From: an uncultured Candidatus Binatia bacterium
GTDB lineage: Bacteria > Desulfobacterota > Binatia > UBA9968 > JAJDTQ01
DNA: 64,000 bases
Direction of reading: 5' to 3'
Assembly (NCBI GenBank): GCA_965215605.1
Contig: OZ244070.1
Coordinates: 3,168,001-3,232,000 of the forward strand
In this document: positions 41,243 through 53,402 of the stretch, in pieces
Layout: every line of letters starts with the position of its first letter
Position numbering within the stretch: the stretch's first letter is position 1
Notes under the pieces: generated by a model
Told to the model about the DNA's origin: nothing
The model's database searches: none
The model's input: only the letters and a program-made list of their open reading frames with translations
Made by a program: the position numbers and the translations under genes

Positions 41243-43017
41243 TCTCGGATCAGACCACTCAAGAGGTTCGCGCACGCGCTTCCATCGTGGAGGTTGTCTC
41301 CGATTACGTCACGCTCAAAAAGGCCGGCCGGAACTATTCCGGGCTGTGCCCCTTCCATTCCGAGAAGACACCCTCCTTCACCGTCAACGAGGAAAAGGGA
41401 ATCTTCTACTGTTTCGGATGCCAGGCAGGAGGCGACATCTTCAAGTTCCTGATGTTGTACGACGGGCTCACCTTTCCGGAGTCCATCGAACGGCTGGCGG
41501 AACGGTACGGCATCCGCGTGGTGTCCTCGGGACCCGCCGCCGGCGCGCGCGAGACGCGGCGCGGGGACTATTACCGGTTGAACGAAGAGGCGGCGGAGCT
41601 TTACCATGCGCTGCTGCTGGACCCCTCCCGCGGCGCCCGGGCCAGGGCCTACCTCAACGAGCGCGGCGTGGACGAGGCCCTGTGGCGGCATTTTCGCCTC
41701 GGCTTCGCGCCGGGAGGAGATGTGCTTGCCGGCCGGTTCCGGCACGAAGGCGTGGCGCCGGCGGAGGCGGCCGAGGCGGGGTTGCTGGCGGAGAAGGGGC
41801 CGGACTACTACCGGGACCGGTTTTTCGAGCGCATCGTCTTTCCCATCACCGAGCCGGGCGGCAAGATCACGGGCTTCGGCGGCCGGGTCATCGGCGAGGG
41901 CGTACCCAAATACCTCAATTCCCCGGAAACGCCGCTCTTCCACAAGGGCTCGCAGGTCTATGGCTTGGCGCAGGCCCGGGACGGCATCCGGTCCAATGAC
42001 CGGGTGGTGGTGGTGGAGGGCTACCTGGACGTGCTGGCCCTGGCGCAGTTCGGCGTGACTCACGCGGTGGCCACCCTGGGCACGGCCCTGACCGCCGATC
42101 ACTTGCGGCTTCTGGGGCGCTACACCCGGAATGTCGTCGCGCTGTTCGACGGCGATACGGCGGGGCGCAACGCCGCCGCCCGCGGCTTCGAGGTCTTTCA
42201 GCAGACCGGTCTTTGGGGGCATGCGGCGTTCCTGCCGGAGGGCGCGGATCCGGACACGTTTGTCCGGACCGAGGGAAAGGCGGCGCTGGAAGGGGTGCTG
42301 GAGCGGGCGGTGCCGATCGTGGACTTCTACCTGAACTGGCTGCGGGAGAACCACGGGCCCGGCTTCGCCGGCAAGAGCCGGTTGGCGAGCGAGGTGAGCC
42401 GGATGCTGGCCAAGGTGACGAATCCCCTGGACCGGGACCAGTTGGCGCGGCGGGCGGCGGACCTTCTGGGTATTCGGGAAGAGTCGCTGCGGCGTCAGGC
42501 CGCCGGCGCGGCCGCCGGAACCCCGGCGAGCGGCGGGGATGCTCGCCGCCGCCCGCGCGGCACGGCGGACCGCTGGTCCCTGGGCGAAGACCGCGCGGAG
42601 TCCGTGCTGGTGGCGTTGTTGCTGCGGTTCCCGCTGGTGGTGGAGACGCTGCGCGGCCAGCAGATGGAAAGGCTCGTGACGGAGAAGTGGCGGGAGGTGA
42701 TCCGGCGGTTGCTCGAGGGCGGGGAGGTGGCGGTGGGCGTCTTGACCGACGGCCTGCCTCCCGAGCTTGTGTCGGAAATCAGCGCGCTGGTGTTGGAAGG
42801 ACAGGAGATCGACGAAGAAGAACGGGATCGAATGACCGCGGACTGTCTGTTCTTTCTGCAACGACGATACCTGAAGGGGCTCGAGCAGGAACTGCGGAGA
42901 GCCATCCGGATCGCGGAAGAGGCCAGCGATGATGAGGTCAAGAAAGAGAGGATGCGGCAATGGCAGGAGGTCGTACAAAAAGAGCGGCGGTTGGAGCGCG
43001 TGAGACTGAGCTTGTAG
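41239..43017 (+). CDS. dnaG: DNA primase
   Basis: [11 protein letters not shown]...CFGC zinc finger, [22 protein letters not shown] Toprim, DPD. Confidence 0.98.
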   Translation: MISDQTTQEVRARASIVEVVSDYVTLKKAGRNYSGLCPFHSEKTPSFTVNEEKGIFYCFGCQAGGDIFKFLMLYDGLTFPESIERLAERYGIRVVSSGPAAGARETRRGDYYRLNEEAAELYHALLLDPSRGARARAYLNERGVDEALWRHFRLGFAPGGDVLAGRFRHEGVAPAEAAEAGLLAEKGPDYYRDRFFERIVFPITEPGGKITGFGGRVIGEGVPKYLNSPETPLFHKGSQVYGLAQARDGIRSNDRVVVVEGYLDVLALAQFGVTHAVATLGTALTADHLRLLGRYTRNVVALFDGDTAGRNAAARGFEVFQQTGLWGHAAFLPEGADPDTFVRTEGKAALEGVLERAVPIVDFYLNWLRENHGPGFAGKSRLASEVSRMLAKVTNPLDRDQLARRAADLLGIREESLRRQAAGAAAGTPASGGDARRRPRGTADRWSLGEDRAESVLVALLLRFPLVVETLRGQQMERLVTEKWREVIRRLLEGGEVAVGVLTDGLPPELVSEISALVLEGQEIDEEERDRMTADCLFFLQRRYLKGLEQELRRAIRIAEEASDDEVKKERMRQWQEVVQKERRLERVRLSL

Positions 43018-43061
43018 ACGCCGCCCCGGCCAAGACCGCTCGTGAGGTATCCCGGGCCCGC

Positions 43062-44813
<1,752 letters not shown>

Positions 44814-44856
44814 CGGCTCGTGGCGCGCTTCCATCGACTACCCCCACGCTTTTTTC

Positions 44857-44933
44857 GGGCCCATAGCTCAGTTGGTTAGAGCCACCGGCTCATAACCGGT
44901 AGGTCCCTGGTTCGAGTCCAGGTGGGCCCACCA
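44857..44933 (+). tRNA. tRNA with CAT anticodon, most likely tRNA-Ile2 (lysidine-modified)
   Basis: GGGCCCA/TGGGCCC acceptor stem, D arm AGCTCAGTTGGTTAGAGC, anticodon arm ACCGG-CTCATAA-CCGGT, GGTTCGAGTCC, encoded CCA; position after rpoD typical of ileX. Confidence 0.95.
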
Positions 44934-45077
44934 TTTCCCCACCCAAGCAGGAACCCTCACCGGAACGCCGCAGGAGCGAACGGGTTCGGGTGCCGGCATC
45001 CGATGACTCAGAGCAACGGCACCGGTCAATTGGGGCATCGCGGTTCCAGGGAGCAGTGAACACAGGAGGCGCCTGAA

Positions 45078-46112
45078 ATGGCCGAGAACTTCGAAGCGGG
45101 TATCGAGAACTGCGTCGCGACGTGCGCCAGGGTCGAACGCGGCCAAGGCGTCTACATCGTCGCCGAAGACGGGTTCGCCGACGCGGCGGTGGTCGAGGCG
45201 TTGACGGAGTCGGCGCGGGATCGGGGAGCGGACGTCCGCGTGGTGAGCGGCCCGGTCATCCCCAAGGACCGGCCCGAGGCGATTCCGCCCGCCGTCCTGG
45301 AGGCCTACGACCGGGCGGACGTGCTGTTCGCCCACTATCCCTCGCTCAAGCGGGAGGCCCTGCACCCCCATTTTTCCGGAGAGTCGCGGGTGCGGGTGCC
45401 GAACCGGGCGCGGACCGTTTCGCTCATGTCGTCGGAGTGGGCGGGCTTCCCCTACTCCGTGCAGAGGGCGCTGGCGACCACCCTCGACACGCTGTCCGCG
45501 CCGGGAAGGTCGTGGCGCATCACCAGCCCCAGCGGCACCGACGTCAAGGGCAGCTTCGGCTCGCGCGAGAGCACCGTGGCGCAGGCCTATTTCGTCGAGG
45601 ACGAAGGCGGCCGCGCCCGCCGCAACTTCCCCGGCGGTGTGCACAGCCCGGTGGTGGCGGTGGCCACGGAGGGAGTGATCGTGGCGGACCACGTCGCGGG
45701 TTTCGGCGGCATGCCGGAATCCGTGCGGTTGGAGCTCAAGGATGGGCGCGTGGTCTCGTTGCAGGGCGGCGACCCGGCGATGCACCGATCGCTGAGCGGC
45801 ACGGACGGTTTCATCGACTCCTGGCACGCCGGCGTCAATCCCAAGACCATCGTGCCCATCGCCCGGGCCATGAACCCCGGCCAGTGGTACAGCTATTCCC
45901 ACTGCAGCCCGACCATCGTGCACTTCCACGTGGGACGCTCCCACGATCCCGTGGACGTCGCCTGTTTCGACCAGACCATCGAGATCGACGGCCGCATCGT
46001 CTACGACGGAGGAGGGCTGACCATCTGGGACGAGCCGGAGGTCGACAGCGCCGTCAAGGCCTCCGGGATGGCCGGCTCGATGATGGTGAATACGCCGATG
46101 ACGCTGAGCTGA
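45078..46112 (+). CDS. Hypothetical protein, M29/aminopeptidase-T-like fold (NicX-like superfamily)
   Basis: Size and ITSPSGTD, NFPGG, EGVIV, LKDGRVV, GVNPK, HFHVG, D..TIEIDG pattern; AGGAGG RBS. Confidence 0.65.
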   Translation: MAENFEAGIENCVATCARVERGQGVYIVAEDGFADAAVVEALTESARDRGADVRVVSGPVIPKDRPEAIPPAVLEAYDRADVLFAHYPSLKREALHPHFSGESRVRVPNRARTVSLMSSEWAGFPYSVQRALATTLDTLSAPGRSWRITSPSGTDVKGSFGSRESTVAQAYFVEDEGGRARRNFPGGVHSPVVAVATEGVIVADHVAGFGGMPESVRLELKDGRVVSLQGGDPAMHRSLSGTDGFIDSWHAGVNPKTIVPIARAMNPGQWYSYSHCSPTIVHFHVGRSHDPVDVACFDQTIEIDGRIVYDGGGLTIWDEPEVDSAVKASGMAGSMMVNTPMTLS

Positions 46113-46129
46113 CGCCAGCGGGCTAGTGT

Positions 46130-46214
46130 CGTCATCTTCACACCTCTCCGCCTTCCCGCATCCCCTCCGTCATCCTCGCACCCCCTCCGTCATTCCCGCG
46201 AAAGCGGGAATCCA
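46130..46214. repeat. REP-like palindrome CGTCATTCCCGCGAAAGCGGGAATCC preceded by three decayed 19-20 bp tandem half-copies
   Basis: ATTCCCGC-GAAA-GCGGGAAT hairpin at 46192-46211; units start at 46130, 46149, 46168, 46188. Confidence 0.75.
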
Positions 46215-46356
46215 GGGGTGGGGTGCGCGTGGGCACCCTGCGTCTCCTCGAAGTCGTACATCGGGAAGCTCACTCTGCAACGGGTCCTTCAGAAACAGCT
46301 TATCGATCCGGCGCCCTCACTCCATGGTGGCTCCTCGCGATGCCCCGTGTCGTCGG

Positions 46357-46386
46357 CTAGTGTTTGTGAGACACCACGCTAGCTAG
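46357..46386. repeat. CTAG-bounded MITE end/footprint at the ureG stop
   Basis: Reverse complement CTAGCGTGGTGTCTCACAAACACTAG matches the 36488 copy. Confidence 0.6.
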
Positions 46387-46997
46387 AGCCCGCCCGTTTG
46401 CATGATGAAATCGACGATCTCTGCCAGCCCGGTTTGCTTGCGCAGGTTCGAGAACACGAAGGGCCGGTCGCCACGCATCTTGCGGGCGTCGCGGTCCATG
46501 ATGTCCAGGCTCGCGCCCACCAGCGGGGCCAAGTCGATCTTGTTGATGATGAGCAGGTCCGAGCGCGTGATGCCGGGACCGCCCTTGCGCGGGATCTTGT
46601 CGCCGGCGGAAACGTCGATGACGTACACCGTCAGGTCCGCCAGTTCCGGGCTGAATGTGGCGGCGAGGTTGTCGCCTCCGGATTCGATCAGGATGAGGTC
46701 GAGGCCCTCGAACCTTTCGTTCAGCTCCCGGACCGCGCCCAGGTTGATGGAGGCATCTTCGCGGATGGCCGTGTGCGGACAGCCGCCGGTCTCCACGCCG
46801 ACGATGCGTTCCTCCGGTAGAGCGCCGGCGCGGACCAGGAAGCGGGCGTCCTCCTGCGTGTAGATGTCGTTGGTCACTGCGGCGATCTGGTAACGGTCCC
46901 GCATGGCCTTGCACAACGCGTTCATGAGGGCGGTCTTGCCCGACCCCACCGGGCCGCCAATGCCTACCCGCAGGGGTCCGTGCGTACCGGCGGTCAT
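46383..46997 (-). CDS. ureG: Urease accessory GTPase UreG
   Basis: [42 protein letters not shown]. Confidence 0.99.
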   Translation of the reverse strand: MTAGTHGPLRVGIGGPVGSGKTALMNALCKAMRDRYQIAAVTNDIYTQEDARFLVRAGALPEERIVGVETGGCPHTAIREDASINLGAVRELNERFEGLDLILIESGGDNLAATFSPELADLTVYVIDVSAGDKIPRKGGPGITRSDLLIINKIDLAPLVGASLDIMDRDARKMRGDRPFVFSNLRKQTGLAEIVDFIMQTGGL

Positions 46998-47683
46998 GAG
47001 CGGAACAGCCTCGTGTGTTGCGTTTCGTGTTTCATGGAACTCCAGTCCACCATGGGAGTCATGGTCCCCATGTCCTCCGGGCTTGTCGTCAGGGAGCGTT
47101 GCGTCGCCTCCAACACCACGGGTTCGAGCCGCACCAGCACCGCCTGGCCGTCGCTCTGGCCCAACGGGATCAACCTCATTCCGGCGGAAACCAGGTTAGC
47201 CGCGAAGGCCTGGATATACGTCCGTAGCGCCGGTTCGAGCGGAATGCCATGGGCGCCGCAGGCCCATCCCACGGCGACGCAATAGGATGCGGGACACGAC
47301 GGCTCGGTGAGCGGAGCGAGGCCGGCCGCGTCCCAGGCCTTCGCCACGGCGCTCACGAAAGCCTCCCCCTGGGCGCCGCTCTCCAGCGCCAGCTCATGGG
47401 TGCCGCGGGACGCCGCGGCGATTTCCGCCACTTCCCGCAGCCGCGCCCGGTCCCCGTCGCGGGCGGCGTGCCAAGCGTTGCGGAAGAGCACCGCGTCCAC
47501 TTGGCAACTGCCGTGGACCAGGATTCCCCGGATCCATTCCTTGAGCCCGGCCCCGTCCAGGACCTGTTCCGCTTCCACCGCATACTCCAGGCCATGGCTG
47601 TAGGCAAAGGAACCCACCGGGAAGGCCGGTGACAGCCAACTCATGAGCCGGTACAGGTCGCTACTCCGGATGGATTCTCGCAT
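46994..47683 (-). CDS. ureF: Urease accessory protein UreF
   Basis: [40 protein letters not shown]. Confidence 0.97.
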   Translation of the reverse strand: MRESIRSSDLYRLMSWLSPAFPVGSFAYSHGLEYAVEAEQVLDGAGLKEWIRGILVHGSCQVDAVLFRNAWHAARDGDRARLREVAEIAAASRGTHELALESGAQGEAFVSAVAKAWDAAGLAPLTEPSCPASYCVAVGWACGAHGIPLEPALRTYIQAFAANLVSAGMRLIPLGQSDGQAVLVRLEPVVLEATQRSLTTSPEDMGTMTPMVDWSSMKHETQHTRLFRS

Positions 47684-48137
47684 GGTTCGTATGCTCCCGC
47701 GAAACATATGCGCCGGCCTCCGGATCGAACGGGGCCTCGACGATGCGGACCTGTCCGCCCAAGACCACGGCCAGCCCGGTGATCACGTGGTCGTTGCGGA
47801 TGCGCAGCCGACCATTCTCGATCTGCGTGGGCACGTGCCGGTTCCCCAGGTGCCAGGCGATCCGCGTAAGTCTCCCCGGGTCATCGCAGGTAATCTCGGC
47901 GAGGACCTCGTCGGCCGCACGGACCAGGACCCAACCGCCGCTCTCCAACTGGAGGCCATCGCCGTCGTGCATCACGGCCGCCTCTCGCAGGTCCAGCATC
48001 ACCCAACCGCCGCCGTCGGTCTTGAGCCGTGTCCGCCGCCGGTGCCGCCCGTCGTACGGAAGGGTCACCGTGCCGCGTGCCGAGTGTCTCGGCCACTGTC
48101 CGGCCGGGCGCGTTCTGATGGCTCGTTCCCTGATCAC
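47661..48137 (-). CDS. ureE: Urease accessory protein UreE (no long His-rich tail)
   Basis: RHRRR, DGDGL, AWHLGNRHVP, DHVI, PFDPEAGAY; GTG start at 48137. Confidence 0.95.
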   Translation of the reverse strand: MIRERAIRTRPAGQWPRHSARGTVTLPYDGRHRRRTRLKTDGGGWVMLDLREAAVMHDGDGLQLESGGWVLVRAADEVLAEITCDDPGRLTRIAWHLGNRHVPTQIENGRLRIRNDHVITGLAVVLGGQVRIVEAPFDPEAGAYVSREHTNHARIHPE

Positions 48138-48154
48138 AGGTGTCCGCCGGCGCG

Positions 48155-49864
48155 TCAGAAGAGAAAATACCGCTGCGCCATGGGCACGGTCCGCGCCGGT
48201 TCGCACGTCAACAGCTCGCCGTCGGCGCGTACCTCGTAGGTTTCGGGGTCCACCTCCATGCGCAGGGTGGCGCCGTTGTGGATCAAGTCTTCCTTGCAGA
48301 GGTCCCGTGTTCGCTTCACTGGAAGGAGTGGCCTCCGGAGTTGCAGCACGCCGGCGAGATCGGCGTCGAGCGCCGCGGCGCTCACGAAGGTGACAGTGTT
48401 CTCGCGCCGCGAGCCGCCGAAGGCGCCGAACATCGGCCGGTAGTGCACCGGCTGTGGGGTCGGGATGGAGGCGTTGGGGTCGCCCATGGGCGCGGCGACG
48501 ATGACGCCGCCCTTGAGGATGACGTCCGGCTTGACGCCGAAGAAGGCCGGTGACCACAGCACCAGGTCAGCGAGCTTCCCCGGTTCCACCGATCCGACGT
48601 ATTCCGATATGCCGTGGGTGATGGCCGGGTTGATGGTGTACTTGGCCAGGTAACGCTTTGCCCGGACATTGTCGTTGTCCGCCGTCTCCGCGGGGAGCCG
48701 GCCGCGCTGGCGCTTCATCTTGTCGGCGGTCTGCCACGTGCGGATGATGACCTCGCCCACGCGGCCCATGGCCTGGCTGTCGGACGCCATCATGCTGAAC
48801 GCGCCCAGGTCGTGCAGGATGTCCTCGGCCGCCATGGTCTCTTTGCGGATGCGGCTTTCCGCGAAGGCCACGTCCTCGGCGATGGCCGGGTCCAGGTGAT
48901 GGCAGCACATGAGCATGTCGAGGTGCTCGTCCACGGTGTTGACGGTGAAGGGCCGCGTCGGGTTGGTGGAGGAGGGCAGCACGTGGGAAAGGCCGCAGAG
49001 CTTGATGATGTCGGGCGCATGGCCGCCGCCGGCGCCCTCGGTGTGGAATGTGTGGATGGTGCGGCCCTTGAACGCCCGCAGGGTGTCCTCCACGAAGCCC
49101 GACTCGTTCAGCGTGTCCGTGTGGATGAGCACCTGCACGTCGTAGGCGTCGCCCACGGACAGGCATGTGTCGATGGCGGCCGGTGTGGTGCCCCAGTCCT
49201 CGTGCAGCTTCAGGCCGCAGGCTCCCGCCCGGACCTGCTCCTCCAGGGCCGCGGGCCGGCTGGCGTTGCCCTTGCCGAAGAAGCCCAGGTTCACCGGGAA
49301 CGCCTCCGCCGCCTGGAGCATGCGGCCCAAGTGCCAGGGTCCCGGCGTGCAAGTGGTGGCCTTGGTGCCCGCCGCCGGTCCCGTGCCGCCGCCGAGCATG
49401 GTGGTGACGCCGCTGTAGAGTGCGTCTTCCACTTGTTGGGGACAGATGAAGTGGATGTGGACGTCGAGCCCGCCCGCGGTGACGATCTTGCCCTCGCCGG
49501 CGATGACCTCGGTGCCCGGCCCGATGATGATGTCCACCGCCGGTTGCGTGTCCGGATTGCCGGCTTTGCCGATGGCGTGGATACGGCCGTCCCGGATGCC
49601 GATGTCCGCCTTGACGATGCCCCAGTGGTCCAGCACCAGGGCGTTGGTGATGACCGTGTCGATCGCGCCTTCCGCCCGGGTGGCCTGGCTCTGACCCATG
49701 CCGTCGCGGATGGTCTTGCCGCCGCCGAACTTCACCTCGTCGCCGTAGACCGTCCGGTCCTCCTCCACCTCGATAATGAGCTCGGTGTCCGCCAGCCGGA
49801 TCCGGTCCCCGACCGTTGGTCCGAACATGGCCGCGTAGGCCGCACGCTCGATCTTTCTTGCCAT
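48155..49864 (-). CDS. ureC: Urease subunit alpha
   Basis: [57 protein letters not shown]. Confidence 0.99.
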   Translation of the reverse strand: MARKIERAAYAAMFGPTVGDRIRLADTELIIEVEEDRTVYGDEVKFGGGKTIRDGMGQSQATRAEGAIDTVITNALVLDHWGIVKADIGIRDGRIHAIGKAGNPDTQPAVDIIIGPGTEVIAGEGKIVTAGGLDVHIHFICPQQVEDALYSGVTTMLGGGTGPAAGTKATTCTPGPWHLGRMLQAAEAFPVNLGFFGKGNASRPAALEEQVRAGACGLKLHEDWGTTPAAIDTCLSVGDAYDVQVLIHTDTLNESGFVEDTLRAFKGRTIHTFHTEGAGGGHAPDIIKLCGLSHVLPSSTNPTRPFTVNTVDEHLDMLMCCHHLDPAIAEDVAFAESRIRKETMAAEDILHDLGAFSMMASDSQAMGRVGEVIIRTWQTADKMKRQRGRLPAETADNDNVRAKRYLAKYTINPAITHGISEYVGSVEPGKLADLVLWSPAFFGVKPDVILKGGVIVAAPMGDPNASIPTPQPVHYRPMFGAFGGSRRENTVTFVSAAALDADLAGVLQLRRPLLPVKRTRDLCKEDLIHNGATLRMEVDPETYEVRADGELLTCEPARTVPMAQRYFLF

Positions 49865-49932
49865 GGGTCGCCTTTCTTGCTTCGCTCCGCATCGCCGCAC
49901 GCGCGGTGGCATGGGCGGGACGGTCGGAGCGT

Positions 49933-50241
49933 TCAGTCCAACGGTCCGTCGACCTTGCCCTGGAACCCCACGACCGCGCGTTTGCCGGCGTAGCCCACCA
50001 GGGTGACGGTGCGGGTCTGTCCGGGTTCAAATCGCACCGCGGTGCCGGACGGGATGTCGAGCCGGAAGCCCCGGGCCTTGTCGCGGTCGAACACGAGGGC
50101 CTCGTTGGTCTCGTGGAAGTGGTAGTGGGAACCCACCTGCACCGGGCGGTCGCCGCTGTTGGCCACGTCCAGCGTTACCGTCTCGCGCCCGGCGTTGAGG
50201 GTGATGGGTCCCCCCTTGGTGAGAATCTCTCCCGGTATCAT
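49933..50241 (-). CDS. ureB: Urease subunit beta
   Basis: [32 protein letters not shown]. Confidence 0.99.
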   Translation of the reverse strand: MIPGEILTKGGPITLNAGRETVTLDVANSGDRPVQVGSHYHFHETNEALVFDRDKARGFRLDIPSGTAVRFEPGQTRTVTLVGYAGKRAVVGFQGKVDGPLD

Positions 50242-50274
50242 TGAAGTCCCTCCTGTCTTGTGGGTCCCCTCACG

Positions 50275-50402
50275 CTAGTGTGGTGTCTGGTTAATTCGGG
50301 TCATAATCTGCGGAGGATTTTTTGTTGTCGGCAAGGCGCGATGACGAGCAGTGGCGGGTACCACGCGAGGAAGAGTAACGCAGCCGACGGCGAAAAAGAC
50401 CC
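50275..50402. repeat. Palindromic MITE-like element: left end and central hairpin present, right arm missing
   Basis: Starts CTAGTGTGGTGTCT as in other copies; 15-bp stem 50318-50332 with 50383-50397 (three G.T pairs); no intact mirror of 50275-50312 follows. Confidence 0.6.
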
Positions 50403-50697
50403 ATATATTGTGTACTGATCTCACCTGATTCTCACCCATTCCCTCGGGTAGCGGACAAGCGCTGTCATGTCAACTCTCGTCACGACAGCCTTGCAATAAC
50501 CCTATATATTCCAGTCCGTTATGGTGGATTCCGTATAACTCAACCTCCTGCGCCATTCGGTCACGTCGCGCCAGCCGATGACATGCCACACTCCACTGTG
50601 CGATTCCAGTGGGTTGCGTTTCGATTACGGTCCTGATAGCATTTTCTCCGGTTTCGGGGTTTCGTTTTGAGCTCCCGAGGCCGGAGGAAATCCCCCC

Positions 50698-51879
50698 ATG
50701 CCCGGACGCCAACCCGTCAAACTCACCAAGCGCGCCGTCGATGCGCTCAGCGTGGAATCGGGCGACACCGTGGTCTGGGACCGGGACCTGCCGGGCTTCG
50801 GCATTCGGGTGTATGCGTCGGGCCGCAAGGTCTGGTGCGTGCAGACCCGGGGACCGGCCGGGGGGCCGAAGCGCTTCGCGCTCGGCCGCTACGGCAATAT
50901 CACTCCAGACGACGCCCGCCGCAAGGCGGCGCTCGCCATCGACCGCATCAAGCAGGGATTGGAGCCCGACCCTCCGCCCGCGGCGACCGAGCCCACGGTG
51001 GCGGAGCTTGCCGAGCGCTACATGGAGGCCCATGTGCGGGTGAACTGCCGGCCCGCGACGGTGGAGGCCTTCGGGCGCATCCTGCGCCTGTACATCGTGC
51101 CGGAGCTGGGCCATCTGCAGCTCTCGGAGGTGGATCGCCCGCAAGTCTCGGAGTTCCATCACAAGCTCCGAAAGAAGCCCTACCAGGCGAATGCGGGGGT
51201 GGGGGTGCTGGCGCACATGTTCCGGCTTGCGGAAGCCTGGGGGATGACGCCGCCGCGGCGCAATCCGTGCCGGTCGGTGCGGCGCTACAGGGAGACGCGC
51301 CGCGAGCGGTTCCTGACGCCCGAGGAGTACCGCGAGTTGGGCCGGGTGCTCGACGAGGCGGAAGCCGACGGCACCGTGTTCCCCCCGGCGATCCCCGCGC
51401 TCCGCCTGTTGCTGCTCACGGGCTGCCGCCGGAACGAGATCCTGACGCTCAGGTGGGACGACGTGGACCACACGGCGGGGGAGCTTCGGCTGAGGGACGG
51501 CAAGACGGGATGGCGCAGCGTGCCGCTCACGCCGGCGGTGGAGGCGGTGCTCGCGGGGATACCGCGGACGAAGGGCAACCCGTGGGTGATCGCGGGGCGG
51601 AAGCCCGGAACGCGTCTCACCAACCTCGATGCGATCTGGATGAGGCTCCGCAGGCGGGCGGGGCTCGACGACGTGCGGCTCCACGACTGCCGTCATTCGT
51701 ACGCGTCGCGGGCGCTGGCGCTGGGCGAGGGGCTTTCGATGATCGGCGCGCTGCTGGGTCACGCGAAGGTGGCGACGACGGCGCGCTATGCGCACTTGGC
51801 GCGGGACACGGAGAAGGCTTCGGCCGCCCGGGTCGGCGGCAGCATAGGCGCGGACATCCTGCCGCCGGGCGCGGTCTGA
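50698..51879 (+). CDS. Tyrosine recombinase/integrase with N-terminal arm-binding (DUF4102-like) domain, copy 1
   Basis: WDRDLPGFGIRV; TGCRRNE (R), DGKTG (K), HDCRH, LGH, TARY catalytic set. Confidence 0.96.
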   Translation: MPGRQPVKLTKRAVDALSVESGDTVVWDRDLPGFGIRVYASGRKVWCVQTRGPAGGPKRFALGRYGNITPDDARRKAALAIDRIKQGLEPDPPPAATEPTVAELAERYMEAHVRVNCRPATVEAFGRILRLYIVPELGHLQLSEVDRPQVSEFHHKLRKKPYQANAGVGVLAHMFRLAEAWGMTPPRRNPCRSVRRYRETRRERFLTPEEYRELGRVLDEAEADGTVFPPAIPALRLLLLTGCRRNEILTLRWDDVDHTAGELRLRDGKTGWRSVPLTPAVEAVLAGIPRTKGNPWVIAGRKPGTRLTNLDAIWMRLRRRAGLDDVRLHDCRHSYASRALALGEGLSMIGALLGHAKVATTARYAHLARDTEKASAARVGGSIGADILPPGAV

Positions 51880-51900
51880 GCCGGAAGGAGGCATCCTCAA

Positions 51901-53115
51901 ATGGCGAAACTCACCACGGCGACGATTTCGAAGCGCACGGTGGAAGCGCTGGTGGTGAAGAGGGACACGGTCTACTGGGACTCGGAGCTTTCGGGCTTCG
52001 GGGTTCGCGCCTATCCGTCGGGGAGCAAGTACTACGTGGTGCAGACCCGGGCCAACGGCAAGGCGGCAAAGCGGGTGACGGTGGGCCGGCACGGAATCGT
52101 GACGGCGGAGGAGGCGCGCAGGCGGGCGGCGCTGATCATCGCGCGCATCAAGGCGGGAGAGGAGCCGCTGGCGGAACCCGCGGCGGCCCTGGCCGAGGGT
52201 CCCACGGTGGGGGAGCTTGCGCGCCGGTGGCTCGAAGAGCACGTGGCGGTGCGGTGCAAGCCCAGGACGGTGGAGATGTACACGCTGATCGTCCGCAAGC
52301 ACCTGCTGCCCGCGCTCGGCAGGGCACCGGCGCTGGCCGTGGATCACAAGCGGGTGACCGAACTGCACCATTCGATGCGCGGGACGCCGTCGATGGCCAA
52401 CCGGACGGTGGAGGCGCTGTCGCGCATCTGGAACTCTGCGGAGGACCGGGGGGAGTTGCCGGAGGCGAGCAACCCGTGCCGGGTCGTGGTGAAGAACCGC
52501 GAGCGCGGGCGCGAGCGGTTCCTGAGCGAGGAGGAGTTCCGCCGGCTGGGGCGGGCGCTGGCGGAGGCGGAGACCGGGAATGGCATGTCGGTGCACGCGG
52601 TGGCGGCGATCCGGCTGTTGCTGCTCACGGGGTTGAGGCGGAACGAGGTTCTGGTGCTCCGCTGGCGGGACGTGGACCTCGATGCGCGCGAGATCAAGCT
52701 CGAAGACTCCAAGACCGGAGCGCGCGTGGCGCCGCTCTCGCCGGAGGCGGCCCGGGTGCTCGCCGTCATCCCGCGCGTGGAGGGGAACCCGCACGTGATC
52801 CCCGGGAAGAAGGCGGGCACGCACCTGCGCAACCTCAACGACCCCTGGGACCGGATCCGCAAGCGCGCGATGCTGGAGGACGTGCGGCTCCACGACTGCC
52901 GCCACTCGTTCGCGTCCAGGGCGCTGGCGCTCGGCGAAGGGCTGACCATGATCGGGAAGCTCCTGGGTCACACCAAGGTGGAGACCACCGCGCGGTACGC
53001 GCATCTGGCGCGGGAGTCGGTGCGCGACTCCGCCATCCGCGTATCCGACAGCATCGCCGCCGACATCCTGAAGGGATACGGCGGGGACCAAGCTCGGGCC
53101 AGGACGGCGACCTGA
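51901..53115 (+). CDS. Tyrosine recombinase/integrase with arm-binding domain, copy 2
   Basis: WDSELSGFGVR; TGLRRNE, DSKTG, HDCRH, LGH, TARY; AAGGAGG RBS. Confidence 0.96.
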   Translation: MAKLTTATISKRTVEALVVKRDTVYWDSELSGFGVRAYPSGSKYYVVQTRANGKAAKRVTVGRHGIVTAEEARRRAALIIARIKAGEEPLAEPAAALAEGPTVGELARRWLEEHVAVRCKPRTVEMYTLIVRKHLLPALGRAPALAVDHKRVTELHHSMRGTPSMANRTVEALSRIWNSAEDRGELPEASNPCRVVVKNRERGRERFLSEEEFRRLGRALAEAETGNGMSVHAVAAIRLLLLTGLRRNEVLVLRWRDVDLDAREIKLEDSKTGARVAPLSPEAARVLAVIPRVEGNPHVIPGKKAGTHLRNLNDPWDRIRKRAMLEDVRLHDCRHSFASRALALGEGLTMIGKLLGHTKVETTARYAHLARESVRDSAIRVSDSIAADILKGYGGDQARARTAT

Positions 53116-53402
53116 CGCCCTCACCGGGCGTAAACCTCTTAAGAGTCCTCTTACCGTTGCGGCTCCGACCTTCGCGGTGGTCGCCGCCGAGCGCGTATGG
53201 CCTCCTGGGTGTCGTCGGCCAGTTTGAAAGAGACAACCGCGCCAGCTCTTCGGCACCGATCACCCGCACCCTCAACACGAAAGTATGCGACTCGATCGGT
53301 CCAAGTCCGCGTATCGTTGGCCGACCATCGAGAATTGAGGTGGTCCTGGAAAATCGGACAGGTTGCTAAGGTGTATTCCACGGACCGAAGGAGGGATACG
53401 CA

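Noticed and set aside
44857-44933. tRNA as the island's attachment site, or as tRNA-Met
   Set aside because: No duplicated tRNA 3' end was seen near the integrases or elsewhere. It lacks initiator features (C1:A72 mismatch, three G-C anticodon pairs) and resembles Ile2, although elongator Met is not formally excluded.
46130-46214. Possible CRISPR array
   Set aside because: Units are adjacent and degenerate with no unique spacers; no cas genes in the window.
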